64,000 nucleotides of DNA, from NCBI RefSeq assembly GCF_036321535.1, contig NC_087437.1, forward strand, positions 20,958,001 to 21,022,000, given 5' to 3'. The translations under genes and the position numbers were made by a program. The notes beneath the pieces were generated by a model. It had not been told where the DNA came from and made no database searches. It saw nothing but the letters and a program-made list of their open reading frames with translations. Origin of the DNA: Camelus dromedarius (Eukaryota). Below are positions 61,271 to 64,000 of this stretch, one piece after another (the first letter of the stretch is position 1; each line of letters opens with the position of its first letter).

Positions 61271-64000
61271 AAATCTTTGAAACAAGTAAATGAAGAAAGG
61301 TAGCATTTGTCTTCTTAAAGGATGAATAGAAAATGGCTAGCCTAGAAATAGTGAGGGTTTTTTTTTTTCCCAAAAGGAAAGAATAATATAGGCCAAAATA
61401 TGGAGGCAAGAAACAGCCTGTGTTTTGGTGTGTAATTAAAAGCAGTATATGAACCTTGAGTCAAAGATTGGTCAGAAATTGGTGAAAGAGGTTGGAGCTA
61501 GATCTTGGAAGCTCTTATGTACCATATGAACATATAAAACTTATATGAGCCTGTGAAATTACTGGAAGATTTTAGACAATAGAGAATGGACAGATTTGCA
61601 TTTTAGAAAGATCAGATTTGTGACAGCAGTTAGTGTAGAAGCTGGGAGGTGAGTTTGAAGGGTGTTGGGGGATCCAAGTGAGAGGTGATGGATTCTGTGT
61701 CAGAGCAATAATTTGCTGATATGAGAAGAGGACTGGTGAAGACATGTTTAAAGAGTAGAATCACTGACACTTACTGATTAGATGTAGAACATGATGAAGA
61801 AGAAGGAATTTAAGAGTAGCTCCTAGATTTCTAGATTGTTACTTGGGTGGTGGTGGTATATACAACAAAGAGGAAATACGGGAGGAGGAACTGCTTTAAT
61901 AAGAGATGATAATGAGTTGAGCTTTAGCTGTTCTTGAGCATCCAGGTAGGGATTTCCGTCCAGCATTTGGATATAAAAATCTTGAGCTCTGTGGTGAGAT
62001 CTCATATAGAAAAATAAGGCTGATGGTAGTTGTGACCATAAGAATCGACACGATAGCTAGAAGTAGGCTTAGAGGGAGGTTATGTAGTGTAAAGAGAGGA
62101 GTTGACTGAGAGTGAATCCAGCAGTAGAGGTAGAATAACATGTGAGGAAGACATGAAGGAGACAGGTAAGTCGTATGAGGGAAATTAGGAGAGTGAGGTC
62201 AAGGAAACCAAGAGAGAAGGTTTCAAGGAGAGATTGATCAGGAATATTGCATGCAACCAAGAAGTCCGGCAAGAAGAGCCCTGAAAAATATGGATATCAT
62301 TTGACCTTAATGAGAAGAGTTTCTATAGAGTAAGTGTAGCAACAACTAGATTTCAGTGGGGTAAGAAGTGAAAGGTCAAGAAATTTTGAGAGGCAAACAG
62401 AAAAGTTAAACTCTTCTCATTATTATAAAATAATCTGCTTCATTCTGATATTGGTAATATTCTTTGTTGTGAAATCTGCTTTATTTGATATTAATATAGC
62501 CACTCTGGATGGATGGCTGACTGGTTTATTTTCTTCTTTTTTTATGTTTCTAATTTAAATTTAGTATTACAAGATTTTTAATCTAACTTTGACTTTATAC
62601 TTCTGTCTTTCCTGTTACATTGAAAATCTTAATCCCTTACATTACATCATTACTTAACAACATTAACATAGTTACTTATATTTACATTGTCTTGTAAGAT
62701 ACAGAAAATAGATTCAAAATAGTAATATCAACATTACCACTGATAATTAGGTTAACTGAAGTTTTAGATTTTACTGTTCTGTTTGTTTTAAGAATATATA
62801 ATACTAAGAATGTAGAGTCAAATACTGCGCTCTCGTCCTTTGAACTAATTCTCTCTCTCTCTTTTTTTAATGTAGTTTCTCTGTTATTTTAAAGGGTTAT
62901 TTCCTAAGTTTGATTTTACTTTTGAAATGTATGTTTCCAAAGTCAGAACTATGTAAGGTATATTTGGGCAAGTCCATTTCCAGTCCTTTACCCTCTTTAC
63001 TCCTGTATTTAAAAGTTTTTGTCTTTCTTTCCAGTATTTTTGCACATATAAGCAAAAAATATTTACACACATAGATAAAACAATTCATGTTTCCTACCCC
63101 ATTCTTACACAACATATAGTGTTCTGTAACTTCCTCTTTTTTCATGTAAGAATATATCCTAAAGATCACTCTATATCAGAGTAATTAGAGAATAGAGATT
63201 TACTTCATTCTTTTTGACAACTACATAGAATTAGATCATATAGATTCACTATAATTTATTCAACTAGACCCTTACTAATGGACATTTTGTTGTTGTTACT
63301 CATTGAATCTTTCTCTTAATTAGTATTAGCATGGTATACATTTTTCCACTCTTTTACTTTTAACCTAATTTTATCTTACATTTAAAGGAGTTTCTTAAAA
63401 TCAGCATATAATTTTTGTTTTGTCCAATCTGAAAATCTCTGCTTTTAATTGTCATGTTTAGACCATTTATATATCTATTTATTATGTATCTATTACTCTA
63501 TCTTCATGTTTGCTAATCTTTTCTTCTGTCATATCTAATCTTTTAATCCCACTCAGTGTGTTTTTCATGTCAGACCTTGTATTTTTCATCTCTAGATATT
63601 CAATTTTTAAAGTGTCCTTTGTCTCTCCCGAATGTATGAAATACAGTTGTACTTGTTTCATAATGGCCTTGTCTATGTATTCTATCCCCCGTGTCATTTC
63701 TGGATCTATTACTATTGATTCATTTTTCTTCTTCATCGTGGGTCATATTTCTTGATTCTTCATGTTCCTGATTATTTTCTTTTGGATGCTAGACTTTGTG
63801 TAGTTGCTGGATATTTTTATATTCCTGTGAGTATATTTGAAGGCTCAGTGAAGTTACTTGGAAGCAGTTGGTTCATTTGTGGTTTGCTTTTAAGCTTTGT
63901 CAGTTGGAGCAATAGTAGCCTTAGTCCAGGGCCGATATTTTCCCACTGTTGAAGCAGCACCCATGAATTACCAAGTGGCCCATCCCTCTGCTCTTTTTTG

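Overview
Mammalian genomic DNA, most likely camelid (inferred from the young tRNA-derived Vic-1-type SINEs). It holds the CpG-island promoter and first five coding exons (+ strand) of RASA2 (GAP1m, a Ras GTPase-activating protein): 527 nt of CDS covering the Ala-rich N-terminus and C2A domain, with the gene continuing past the window. The long introns are mostly interspersed repeats: young 5'-truncated L1s and SINEs with clear target-site duplications (TSDs), plus older L1M, L2, MIR, MLT and MER elements. Most notable: (1) a ~1.7 kb TSD-flanked, poly(A)-tailed retro-insertion in intron 3 carrying an intronless cTAGE5/MIA2-like ORF and apparently its own upstream region (CCAAT box, RFX X-box); (2) a fossil hAT-Charlie/Buster transposase in intron 1; (3) an L1 whose RT catalytic motif was removed in frame; (4) an inverted-repeat layout that could favour an exon 2-5 circRNA. 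No CRISPR array, prokaryotic system or true tRNA/rRNA gene is supported. Repeat family names come from recognition, not a database search, and old-repeat boundaries are approximate.
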